64,000 nucleotides of DNA, taken from the NCBI GenBank assembly GCA_043819795.1, contig JBDREN010000120.1:25681-89680 (forward strand). Direction: 5' to 3'. The position numbers were made by a program, and so were the translations under genes. This document shows positions 9,307-18,528 of this stretch, piece after piece. The stretch comes from Elusimicrobiota bacterium (GTDB lineage: Bacteria; Elusimicrobiota; Elusimicrobia; UBA1565). Each line of letters starts with the position of its first letter. Position 1 is the stretch's first letter. The notes beneath the pieces were generated by a model. It was not told where the DNA came from, did not search any database, and saw only the letters and a program-made list of their open reading frames with translations.

Positions 9307-10548
9307 TCACTCCTCCAGGCGGGCCCCCTTGAAAGCCAAAGGCCAGAAAATCCGCTGCCATCGGTCCCGGCGGAATGTGATCTTATTCGGGTCCGAGGAC
9401 TGGTACTTCCACCCGTCGAGCACGACGCCGCTCTCCTTCCAGTCCGCGCCCTTGGGATAGACCACGACCGCGTGATGCTCCAGCCCCCAGCCGATCTTGA
9501 CGCGCTTGACCTCCAGCGATCCGTCCTTCGGGATGGCGTCGTAGGTCTCGTTCTGATGGCTGATGCAGCCCCTCTTGAGCTGATACTTGCCACGAGAGAA
9601 CACCCACTTGGCGCTGTCCTCGATGTTGGTCATCGTCCCGCCGCCGTAAGCGTGCGCCACGGCGCTGGGGTATTCCTCGTGAAGCTTACGGATCGCTTTG
9701 CTGCCCTTGTCGATCGCGACGCTCAGATCCGAGAGGTTGTCCGGGCTCCAGCCGGACGCGGCAAGGCCTTTGGGGTCCAGGCCGCCGAACTGCTCGGCCT
9801 TCATCCCCGCCGGGGCGGCCTCCCCGATCCGCCCGGCCGAGGGAACGGGCTTGATCCTCGCGGAAACGTTCGACTGAGCCGCGGGGAGCGCGTTGAGGCG
9901 CGCGAGCTCCGCGCGCGTGAGCCCTCCCGCCGCGGGCAATCCCCGACCGCTCGCGGCGGGCAGATCCCGGCCGCGCCTCAATGAGCCGAGGAGGGCTTGA
10001 CCGGTCCTCCTCGCCGCCGAGCCGGTCCGCTCCAGATGCTTGGGGGCGAGGGCTCCCTTCGCCAGCTTCTCCCGCGCCTCTTTGAGCGCGCGCGCCGGCG
10101 CCTTTGCCCCCGCGCGCGCGGCCGTCCCCGCTGCCGGCGGGATCTTAAGCCGGCCGGAGTACAAGAGTAGCGCCGGCTCCGCGTCGACCCGCAATCCCTC
10201 CGCGGCCCGGCGGATCGAGGACCGGAACTCGGAGGCCGTCGCTCCCGCCGCCCGCCCGGTCTGGATCGCCCGCGCCCGCTCCAAGAGACCGCGGACAGCG
10301 CCGATCCTGGCCTGGGCCGCGCCCCTGGCGGGCTCGGCCTCGGGCACGCTGCCGTCCAACTCCGGCTCCGGGAGAGCCTTGTCTTGGAGGAAGGCGTCCC
10401 CGGCTTTCTTAAGGAAAGACGCGTAGGCTTGGTCGAAAGAAGGCTGCGCCCCCGCCGCCTCGGGTTCGCCCTCCGCGGCCCAGCCCGCGCAGACGCCCAG
10501 GTGGAGCGTCAACGCGGCGATCATCCCCAATCGCAGGAAAAAATTCAT
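9307..10548 (-). CDS. Exported protein: Ala-rich N-terminal region plus putative papain/transglutaminase-like Cys-His-Asp C-terminal domain
   Basis: Signal peptide (GWA|AE). C-terminal RGCISHQ...EHHAVVVY...VVLDGW. Confidence 0.6.
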   Translation of the reverse strand: MNFFLRLGMIAALTLHLGVCAGWAAEGEPEAAGAQPSFDQAYASFLKKAGDAFLQDKALPEPELDGSVPEAEPARGAAQARIGAVRGLLERARAIQTGRAAGATASEFRSSIRRAAEGLRVDAEPALLLYSGRLKIPPAAGTAARAGAKAPARALKEAREKLAKGALAPKHLERTGSAARRTGQALLGSLRRGRDLPAASGRGLPAAGGLTRAELARLNALPAAQSNVSARIKPVPSAGRIGEAAPAGMKAEQFGGLDPKGLAASGWSPDNLSDLSVAIDKGSKAIRKLHEEYPSAVAHAYGGGTMTNIEDSAKWVFSRGKYQLKRGCISHQNETYDAIPKDGSLEVKRVKIGWGLEHHAVVVYPKGADWKESGVVLDGWKYQSSDPNKITFRRDRWQRIFWPLAFKGARLEE

Positions 10549-10644
10549 GGCGCCCTAAGTGTAGACGGGAAACGGGGAATTGTCCAGGGACCCCCCTTTG
10601 TCGCACCCCTCGCTGCGCTCGGGGCCTGAAGGCTCGCGCGGTTC

Positions 10645-11901
10645 TCAACTGGCGTTGATGGAGGTCATGATGTCCTGGGCCGCGACACTCAGGGCGTCCG
10701 CCTGCTGCTCCGTGAGCTTCTTGCCCCGCTGGGCCCGGACATGGTTCAAGAAAGCGCCCAGCTTGTCCAGCGCGTCAGCCTCGTCGCCGGCCATCAGGCT
10801 GACGAGAGCATTGTCGATCTTCGTACGGAGGGCGTTCTTGATCCCCTTGTTGGGCAGGTCCATCGCGCCGATCGCGTCGCTCAGCTCGGCGAGCGCCCCC
10901 TCCGGCGTCTTGACCGTCATAATGGCCGTGTCCTCGCCGGCGGCCCCGTCGTCGTCGGCGACCGTGAGCGTCACCGTGTAGGTCCCCGGCTCCGCGTAGG
11001 CGTGCGTCGCGGAAGCACCGCTCGCGATCGAGTCGTCGCCAAAGTCCCACTCATAAGAGACGATCTCGCCGTCCGGGTCCTCGGAACCGCCCCCGTCGAA
11101 GGCCAGCTCGAGTCCCGTGAGGGTCTCCTGGTCCGGGCCCGCATCGGCGGCCGGCGGCAGGTTCGACGGTCCCGCCACGCACTCGTAGACGTCGCGGATT
11201 TCACCGTCGGCCAAGGCCCGGTTGTAGATCCGTATCTCGTCGAGCTTCCCGTGGAACTGGTACGCGGGATCGTACCACCACAGCCCGAGAGCGCCGGACC
11301 AGAAGACGCTGTTCCGGGTGAGGCCGTTGCACTGGGCCATGCTGCCCGTTCCCGCAAGCTCGCCGTCCACGTAGGTCTTGGCCTCGTCGGCGGACCAGTC
11401 CACGCTCACGGCGACATGGTGCCATTGGCCCGGCACGATCACGTCGCTGGGGGTGCCGACGCCCCATCTGTTCGAGGCGTTGTTGCATCGTCCGCCGAAA
11501 CTCATGCCGCCGGCCCAGTTGAGCGAGAAATGGTACCCGTAATACTGATCCGTGCCGCGGCCTTCGATGAGCGGCGCCCAGGCCGCGGGCAGCCTGTCCG
11601 CGTTGACCCACATCTCGATCGTGAAATCCGAGCCGCGCGCGAAGCGGTAGGGACTGCCCGCCTGGAACCGGCCGCCGTTGTATTGGGCCGCGTCGCCGAT
11701 GAGTCCCTGCGCGATCCCGACGTTCTGGAAGAACCAGCCGTTGTTGGCGCCCGCGGTGTCGAGCACCGTGCCGCCGCTCCGGCTGTCGAACGTCCACTCG
11801 CCGATCCCGCCGGACGGACGCGGGCAGGAGCCCGCGGGAAGGGAGTAGGCCCTGCCCGCGGTCATAAGAGTAAGCGCTGTGACGAATATGGTCAATCTCA
11901 T
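10645..11901 (-). CDS. Exported LamG-like jellyroll + PKD + C-terminal helical (FIMAH-like) domain protein
   Basis: W.FD, FTIEMWV, WHHVAV, F.GKLDEIRIYNRAL (LamG); ADAGPDQ...YEWDFGD...HAY.EPGTYTVTLTV (PKD); L.AFLNHVRAQRGKKLT. Confidence 0.8.
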   Translation of the reverse strand: MRLTIFVTALTLMTAGRAYSLPAGSCPRPSGGIGEWTFDSRSGGTVLDTAGANNGWFFQNVGIAQGLIGDAAQYNGGRFQAGSPYRFARGSDFTIEMWVNADRLPAAWAPLIEGRGTDQYYGYHFSLNWAGGMSFGGRCNNASNRWGVGTPSDVIVPGQWHHVAVSVDWSADEAKTYVDGELAGTGSMAQCNGLTRNSVFWSGALGLWWYDPAYQFHGKLDEIRIYNRALADGEIRDVYECVAGPSNLPPAADAGPDQETLTGLELAFDGGGSEDPDGEIVSYEWDFGDDSIASGASATHAYAEPGTYTVTLTVADDDGAAGEDTAIMTVKTPEGALAELSDAIGAMDLPNKGIKNALRTKIDNALVSLMAGDEADALDKLGAFLNHVRAQRGKKLTEQQADALSVAAQDIMTSINAS

Positions 11902-12120
11902 GGCGACACCTCCAACGATGGCATAGTATGGCTCGTATGCGCCGACATTTCAAGGACAACGGCCTGACAGAAGAGTGATAAATACACATAAGAAATAAGT
12001 GGTTTTTATATTGGTCAGAAAAGTGAGGCCCCTCTGGGAAAACTCTCTCTAAGTTCATAGTATTTATTGATGCAAAGTCCTTTCCCGTCCATGGTGAAGA
12101 CGGGAGAGAGGAGGCATGTT

Positions 12121-13350
12121 ATGGGAAGAATTCGCGTTGTCATGCTGATCGCGGTCGCCGCGCTGGCGCTGCCGGCCGCGACCACGGCTTCCACGGGTTG
12201 TCCGAGCGACCTGGTGGGCTACTGGGCGTTCGACAACGGAAACGCCGACGATTCCGCGGGCGCCAACAACGGCACGGTCCTCGGCGCGCAGCCGACCGCC
12301 GGCGCCGTGGGGCAAGCGTTCGACTTCGACGGGATCGACGACTACATCACGATACCGGGCAATCCGACCCCGACGAACGATTTCACGGCGGTCTTCTGGA
12401 TCTATTCGCGTAATGACGGCTCCGTGAGGACCCCGCTCATGATCGCGACCGTTCCCGGGAGCTACACGTTCCATGGGTTCTACTTCGAGCACCATGGCGG
12501 CAACTTTTACGTGAACTACGACGAGGACGGCGTATCGCCGTGGGTATGCTGGGATGGAACCGTCCTGTGCGGGATATCCCCGAGCGGCGATATCCTCAAC
12601 GGCTGGCACCAAGTGGCCGCGGTCAAGTCCTCGACGCTGGGGCTGATGACCTATCTCGACGGCGAGCTGACCAACTCCTATCCCGCCAGGACGGAGAACG
12701 TCTACTTCGGGTCCGGCGAGCCGATCGAGATCGGAAGGCACAACCCGGCGCATAGACGCTATTTCGACGGGAAGATCGACGAAGTGGCCATCTTCGATAA
12801 AGCGCTCACGGGAGACGAAATAGGGGAATACTACCGCCGAGCGCTCGCCGGGGTGGGCTACTGCGGCCCCGCGGACGCGGACGGCGACGGCATCGAGGAC
12901 GATCTGGACCGGTGCGACGGGACCCCGGCCGAGGAGACCGGGGACGTGGTGCAGGACCCCGCCTCCCCCTTCTACGGCTGCGGCCCCTCAGAGAGGGACC
13001 TGGACGGCGACGGCATCAAGGACAACCTGGACGCCTGCCCGAACAACCTGCCCGAAGAGATTCCGGAGGTCCTGGCCGGCCTGGGCTGCGTGCCCGCGAG
13101 CCCGTGCGATCCGAACGAGACGGACGCTGACGGCGATGGATTCGTGGACGCCGTGGACGTCTGCCCGTGGACGGACGCTGCCAAGGCCCCGGCCTCGCCG
13201 GTGATCGCCGGCTGCTCCTGCTACCAGATCCTGCAGTGGAAGCCGGGCAACAACAAGGGCGAGCTCAAGAAGGGCTGCTCCCAGGACACCCTGGACGAGT
13301 TCTCGGGCCGCAACGGCTGGGCCAAGGAGGTCCCGCTGCCTCCGCGGTAA
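12121..13350 (+). CDS. Exported LamG-like + thrombospondin type-3-like repeat protein
   Basis: RBS GAGGAGG before ATG 12121; signal peptide; LVGYWAFD...FDGKIDEVAIFDKAL; D.DGDG..D..D.C repeats; C-terminal GCSC..GCS motif. Confidence 0.8.
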   Translation: MGRIRVVMLIAVAALALPAATTASTGCPSDLVGYWAFDNGNADDSAGANNGTVLGAQPTAGAVGQAFDFDGIDDYITIPGNPTPTNDFTAVFWIYSRNDGSVRTPLMIATVPGSYTFHGFYFEHHGGNFYVNYDEDGVSPWVCWDGTVLCGISPSGDILNGWHQVAAVKSSTLGLMTYLDGELTNSYPARTENVYFGSGEPIEIGRHNPAHRRYFDGKIDEVAIFDKALTGDEIGEYYRRALAGVGYCGPADADGDGIEDDLDRCDGTPAEETGDVVQDPASPFYGCGPSERDLDGDGIKDNLDACPNNLPEEIPEVLAGLGCVPASPCDPNETDADGDGFVDAVDVCPWTDAAKAPASPVIAGCSCYQILQWKPGNNKGELKKGCSQDTLDEFSGRNGWAKEVPLPPR

Positions 13351-13374
13351 GTCCCGCCCGGACAGGACCGACAG

Positions 13375-13410
13375 AGAAGCCCGCCGTCGGCAGACGGCGG
13401 GCTTCTTCTC
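13375..13410. terminator. Intrinsic terminator-like hairpin
   Basis: AGAAGCCCGCCGTC-GGCA-GACGGCGGGCTTCTTCTC between convergent ORFs. Confidence 0.65.
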
Positions 13411-13425
13411 GGCACGCAGGCGCCT

Positions 13426-14127
13426 TCAGTCCAGCCCGGCGCGGCGCACCCGGAACGGCCCGGGATCGTCGAAATCGGTCGGGGGCAGGGGCGGTTCGAG
13501 GCCCGGCAGGCGGGCTCTGGCAAGGTACCGCTCTACGGGGTCTTCGTCGCGGAGGAGGGTCGCGACGGGAAGAAACCTCACGCGGGAGCGAGGTCTGAAG
13601 GCGGGGTTGATGCGATCGCCCACTTGCGACCCCGACGGCATCGCCGGCACGGGCTCGAGCGGGAAGACCTCCGCTCCGGGAGCCTCGGCCCGATCCCCTC
13701 TCCTGATTGCGCCCGCCGCCAGCCACCGGCCGCCGGTCCGCGCGGAGGTCCACACCGACCTCGCATACCTCTCTTGAACCCCGCGGCAACGCCCGCCGGG
13801 AGACCGTCGGACGCACGCGGCGACAAGATCGGCCCCAAGCGGCGGCTGTACGGGAACGCTTTCGATCTCCAGCAGATCCGGCCTTCCGGCCGCCAAGGGG
13901 AGCAAGGACTCATCGACGACGTTCAAGATCGCCCCCAGCGTGCCCTCGTACCAGTGCGCCAATCCCACGTAGATCACGGGAACGGCGAAATCCGCCAGGA
14001 CATAGAACGCGCGCTCTCCTCTCTCACCGCCCGAAGTGACGTATACCGCGCTCGAGGCGACCGCTGCGAAGAGGAACGCCTTTGGGAACCATACGCCCAC
14101 GCCCCCATGGTGACGCGGAATCGTCAC
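13426..14127 (-). CDS. Hypothetical protein, possibly membrane-associated
   Basis: Longest plausible ORF in the gap, with N-terminal hydrophobic stretches. No family recognised. Confidence 0.35.
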   Translation of the reverse strand: MTIPRHHGGVGVWFPKAFLFAAVASSAVYVTSGGERGERAFYVLADFAVPVIYVGLAHWYEGTLGAILNVVDESLLPLAAGRPDLLEIESVPVQPPLGADLVAACVRRSPGGRCRGVQERYARSVWTSARTGGRWLAAGAIRRGDRAEAPGAEVFPLEPVPAMPSGSQVGDRINPAFRPRSRVRFLPVATLLRDEDPVERYLARARLPGLEPPLPPTDFDDPGPFRVRRAGLD

Positions 14128-14238
14128 GCGGATGTTGCGGGAGATTAAATGAACGGCAAATTCCCAGGTCCCAAGAGCGCTGGGAAGGAGGGAGATGAGC
14201 GCTTTGGTCGATGGCCCCGGGGCTGGCCTCGATCAGGA

Positions 14239-14278
14239 CCGCTTGCGCCGCTGGAAGTCGAGCACGACCCGGGCCGGA
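14239..14278 (+). repeat. 40-bp direct repeat, copy 1 (duplicate of the 3' end of gene 18529-20754)
   Basis: CCGCTTGCGCCGCTGGAAGTCGAGCACGACCCGGGCCGGA is identical to 18535-18574. Confidence 0.9.
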
Positions 14279-14529
14279 GACTCTGAGAAGCATGAGGTCC
14301 CGGTCGCATCAGCGGGCCCGCGGCTCGCCTGGGAAGAGGACCTTCAGCCCCGATGCCCAGCGCTTCCGTTCTTCTGGCTGACAAATAATAAAAGAGGGTA
14401 TTTTACATATATTATTTCTACATCAATGTCAGCGATCTGTCCGTGACATGACGGCGGGTTCCTGCTATCATAATCATACCGACCACGATGCCGCGCCAAG
14501 GACGCTTCCCATATGAGGAGATATCCCCG

Positions 14530-17500
14530 ATGAAAAAGATACTTTGCGCATTCCGGGCAGGGCTCGCGACAGCTTCGCTGGCGGGCTTCATGCTCATCGG
14601 CGGCGGTCCGGCGTTCGCGGATGCGGACGGCGACGGCGTTCCCGACGGGACCGATAACTGCCCGTCGGTCCCCAATCCGGGCCTGGGCTTGCCCGGCTTC
14701 TCCGACCCCGTGGCCTACTGGACATTCGACTCCGGAAGCGCCGACGACTCGGCCGGCGCTCATGACGGCAGCGTCCACGGAGCGTCGCCCGTCTCCGGGC
14801 AGGCGGGCGGCGCCCTGAGCTTCGACGGCGCGGACGATTACGTGCTCGTACCGAACGCCGCGGGGCTCGATCTGACGGGCGCGCACACCCTGGAGGCGTG
14901 GGTCTATTTCCGTTCACTCCCGCCCGTCTGGGCTCCGCTCGGGATCGTGAAGACCGAGGCGTTCGGTCTTTTCTACTACAGCCCCGCGGGCATCGTCAGG
15001 CCGCACGTCTATTCCGGCGGGGCGTGGCGGTACTACAACTCCTACGTCACCCTCTCGCCCGGCGAGTGGTATCACTTTGTGCAGGTGTTCGATCCGCCGG
15101 TCCTGAAGTGGTATCTCAACGGCCAACGCAAAGGGCTGCAGGACGTCGGCGTCTCCGCCGCGGACTCGTCTTCCCACGACCTCGCCATCGGGCGGGGCTG
15201 GGCGCCGACGGGAGGATACAAGGTCGACGGGGTGATCGATGAGGTCGCCCTCCACGGCCGCGCGCTGACGGGGGAGGAGGTCCGGCGGCACTATCAGCAC
15301 GGGCTCCAAGCCCTAGGGTATTACCCGGGCCAGGCCGACAGCGACGGCGACGGAGTCGGAGACGTCTGCGACAACTGCATGGCCGCCGCGAACCTCCTCC
15401 AGGAGGACGCCGATTCGGACGGCGCGGGGGACGTGTGCGACAATTGCCCCCAGTCCCCGAATCCCGGGCAGGAGCCCTCGGCCTGCGTGGACACCGACGG
15501 GGATTCCGCGTTCGACCTCTTCGACAACTGCCCGGACGTCCCGAACGCGGGCCAGGAGGATGCGGACGCCCCGGACGCGATCTCCTATTGGAGCTTCGAC
15601 GACGGGACCGCGGCCGACGCCCTCGGCTCGAACCACGGCGCGATCCAAGGCGGCGCGTACGCGGTGCCCGGGATGAACGGGCAGGCGCTCCGCTTCGACG
15701 GCGTCGACGACATGATCACGGTGCCCTTCGACATGTCCCTCAACCCGGAACATGTGACCATCGAGGCCTGGGTCAAGAGGGAACCCGGCTCCGTAGGGCG
15801 GCTGGTCGAGAAGGACGGCGCCTACATCGGCGGATACGACCTGCTGATCCTCTACGGCACCGGGGTGTACGGGCACGCCGAACCCGGGCATCTGTCCGCC
15901 AGCTTCGGACATCACTTGTGGGGCAACACCTGGGGCGACGAGTACTACGACCACGGCGAAGAAGACCCCGACCCGATGCCGGAGGAGCAATGGCAGCATG
16001 TCGCGGTCACCTACAGCGGCGACTATGCCCGGCTCTTCCGCAACGGCGTCGTCGTGGCCGAAGGCCGGACGCGCGGCTACCAGTACTTTTCGAAGCGCAA
16101 CGGCGCCCTGCACATCGGCAGCAAGACGTTCGCCGGTGAGATCGACGAGGTCATCCTCTACGGCAGGGCGCTCTCGCCCGACGAGGTCCAAGGGCATTAC
16201 CTGCGGAGCCTGGAAGGCGCGGGCTACCGGGGAGACGGCGTGGGAGAGGTCTGCGACAACGCGCCGGGGGTCTACAACCCGGACCAGGCGGACACCGACG
16301 GCGACGGGATCGGCGATGCCGGAGACAACTGCCCGGAGACCGCCAACGTCCAGCAGGAGGATTCCGACGGAGACGGCGTGGGTGACGCCTGCGACAACTG
16401 CGTGGCTCTCCCCAACCCGGAGCAGGAGGACGGCGACGGGGCGGGGCTCGGGGACGCCTGCGACAACTGCCCGCTCGTCCCCAATCCCGGCCAGGAGGAC
16501 GCCGACGCCGACGGGGTGGGCGACGCCTGCGACAACTGCCCCGCGGCCGCGAATCCCGACCAGGCCGACGACGACGGAGCCGTGGCGGAGGGGCTCGTCG
16601 CCCGCTGGAAGCTGGACGAGGGGGCCGGCGCGGCGGCGGGCGATCAGACGGAGGCGCACGACGGAGCGATCCACGGCGCGACGTGGACCGACGGGGCCGA
16701 GGGCGGCGCCCTCGAGTTCGACGGCCTCAACGATTACGTGAGCGTCCCCCATCACCCCGACTTCAACATCGGGACCACGGGGGAGATGACTTTCTGCGCG
16801 CGGGTCAACCTCAAGTCCTACCCGGTCAGCTCCCAGTTCCGCTGTCCCATCGTGGAGAAAGGCGACGGCGGGCGCTGGGAGTACGCCTTATACATCAGCG
16901 CCGAAGGCTACCCTTACATGAACCTGTGGCCCTGCTCGGGCTCCTACGACCGCAGCACCACGGGGATGTTTGACCAACCGCTCGAGCTGGGGCGGTGGTA
17001 CGCTTTGTGCGCGACCGTCAAAGACGGGGTGGAGGCCAGGCTCTATCTGGACGGGCGGATCGTGGGGGAGAACACCGGCTTCGCGGGCGTCCAGTGCGAC
17101 GGGGACGCGCCGTTCCTGATCGGGACCCGCACCAGCGGCTCCCAGTATCTCAACGCCGTGATCGACGAAGTCACGGTCCACGGCAGGGCCCTCTCCGCCG
17201 AGGAGATCGCGGCGCAGTACGGAGACGGCGTCGGAGACGCCTGCGACGCCTGCCCCGGCGCCTTCGACCCGGACCAGGCCGACTCGGACGGCGACGGCAT
17301 CGGGGACGCCTGCGATAACTGCCCGGCGGCCCCCAATCCCGATCAAAGCGACACGGACGGAGACCAGGAAGGGGACGCCTGCGACTGCGACGACGGCTTC
17401 TGCGACGGACGGGAGCCGCAGTTCTGCTCGGACCTGGGACGCCCCGATCCCACCTGCTGCGTGGATGGCGACGGGGACGGCTACGGCCAAGAAGGATTCA

Positions 17501-18522
17501 CGTCCGGCTGCGCTTTCTCCGGGGCCGACTGCGACGATGGCGACGCGGCCGTGCATCCGGGAGCGACGGAAGCCTGCAATGGGACCGACGACGACTGCGA
17601 CGGCTTCGTTGACGAGGGCTTCCCGGACACGGACTCAGACACGATCGCGGACTGCGTGGACCCCGACGACGACGACGACGGGGACCTAGACGAGGCCGAT
17701 AACTGCCCGCTGACGGCCAATCCCGACCAAGCCGACCTGGACGAGGACGGGGTCGGGGACGCCTGCGACGACGACCTCGACGGCGACGGCACGCCGAACG
17801 CGGAGGACGACGACGCCAGCCAGGTCATCGGCGAGGAGGGCGGCACCGTGGAGACCGACAACGCGGTCGTCACGATACCGCCCGATTCCTTCGAGGAGCC
17901 GGCCACGGTCACGGTGATCAGCACCACGGGCAGCTTCAAGGTCTCGACCAATAAGGGCGAGGCCTTCGCCCTGGCGGACTACGCGATCACGCCGGAGGGG
18001 GCGATCTTCGGCGAGCCGGTGACGATCGTGTTCACCTACGACGACACCATGCTAAAGAACCCGCGGCAGGAAGAGAAGATGGACGTCTTCTGGTTCAACC
18101 CCGCGACGGAGTCGTGGGAGGCCCAAAACGCCGAGCTCGACATGGAAGCCAACACCCTGACCCTGCATACCCATCACTTCAGCAACTTCGCGGTGTTCGC
18201 GCCGGAGGACGCCGACGCCGACGGAGTTTACGACGGCTTCGGGGAGGAGGCGGACGCGTGTCCGGGCTCGACGGCGGACGGCATCGCGCTCAACCCGAAC
18301 CAGTACGCCCAGAACTCGGGCTTCGGTCCCTTCGAAATCGGCCCGGACAACACCCAGAGCGCGGTCTACGACATGCTCGCGACCAGGGGCTGCACCTGCC
18401 GGCAGATCGTGGCGGCCTCGGGCGCGGGCAAGGGCCACCTGAAGAAGGGGTGCTCGCCAGGCCTCATGGAGGAGTGGACGGGTTTGAGCGGCGAGGCGGA
18501 CCGGGGCGGCAAGGTCAAATAG
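14530..18522 (+). CDS. Large exported Ca-binding protein: 3 LamG-like domains, many TSP3-like repeats, a DCDD/CNG.DDDCDG motif and a ZU5-like domain
   Basis: RBS GAGGAG before ATG 14530; signal peptide (AFA|D); [16 protein letters not shown] repeats; three W.FD/LD...IDEV.L.GRAL domains; IG.EGG...IPP...HFS.FA. Confidence 0.85.
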   Translation: MKKILCAFRAGLATASLAGFMLIGGGPAFADADGDGVPDGTDNCPSVPNPGLGLPGFSDPVAYWTFDSGSADDSAGAHDGSVHGASPVSGQAGGALSFDGADDYVLVPNAAGLDLTGAHTLEAWVYFRSLPPVWAPLGIVKTEAFGLFYYSPAGIVRPHVYSGGAWRYYNSYVTLSPGEWYHFVQVFDPPVLKWYLNGQRKGLQDVGVSAADSSSHDLAIGRGWAPTGGYKVDGVIDEVALHGRALTGEEVRRHYQHGLQALGYYPGQADSDGDGVGDVCDNCMAAANLLQEDADSDGAGDVCDNCPQSPNPGQEPSACVDTDGDSAFDLFDNCPDVPNAGQEDADAPDAISYWSFDDGTAADALGSNHGAIQGGAYAVPGMNGQALRFDGVDDMITVPFDMSLNPEHVTIEAWVKREPGSVGRLVEKDGAYIGGYDLLILYGTGVYGHAEPGHLSASFGHHLWGNTWGDEYYDHGEEDPDPMPEEQWQHVAVTYSGDYARLFRNGVVVAEGRTRGYQYFSKRNGALHIGSKTFAGEIDEVILYGRALSPDEVQGHYLRSLEGAGYRGDGVGEVCDNAPGVYNPDQADTDGDGIGDAGDNCPETANVQQEDSDGDGVGDACDNCVALPNPEQEDGDGAGLGDACDNCPLVPNPGQEDADADGVGDACDNCPAAANPDQADDDGAVAEGLVARWKLDEGAGAAAGDQTEAHDGAIHGATWTDGAEGGALEFDGLNDYVSVPHHPDFNIGTTGEMTFCARVNLKSYPVSSQFRCPIVEKGDGGRWEYALYISAEGYPYMNLWPCSGSYDRSTTGMFDQPLELGRWYALCATVKDGVEARLYLDGRIVGENTGFAGVQCDGDAPFLIGTRTSGSQYLNAVIDEVTVHGRALSAEEIAAQYGDGVGDACDACPGAFDPDQADSDGDGIGDACDNCPAAPNPDQSDTDGDQEGDACDCDDGFCDGREPQFCSDLGRPDPTCCVDGDGDGYGQEGFTSGCAFSGADCDDGDAAVHPGATEACNGTDDDCDGFVDEGFPDTDSDTIADCVDPDDDDDGDLDEADNCPLTANPDQADLDEDGVGDACDDDLDGDGTPNAEDDDASQVIGEEGGTVETDNAVVTIPPDSFEEPATVTVISTTGSFKVSTNKGEAFALADYAITPEGAIFGEPVTIVFTYDDTMLKNPRQEEKMDVFWFNPATESWEAQNAELDMEANTLTLHTHHFSNFAVFAPEDADADGVYDGFGEEADACPGSTADGIALNPNQYAQNSGFGPFEIGPDNTQSAVYDMLATRGCTCRQIVAASGAGKGHLKKGCSPGLMEEWTGLSGEADRGGKVK

Positions 18523-18528
18523 CGCCGG

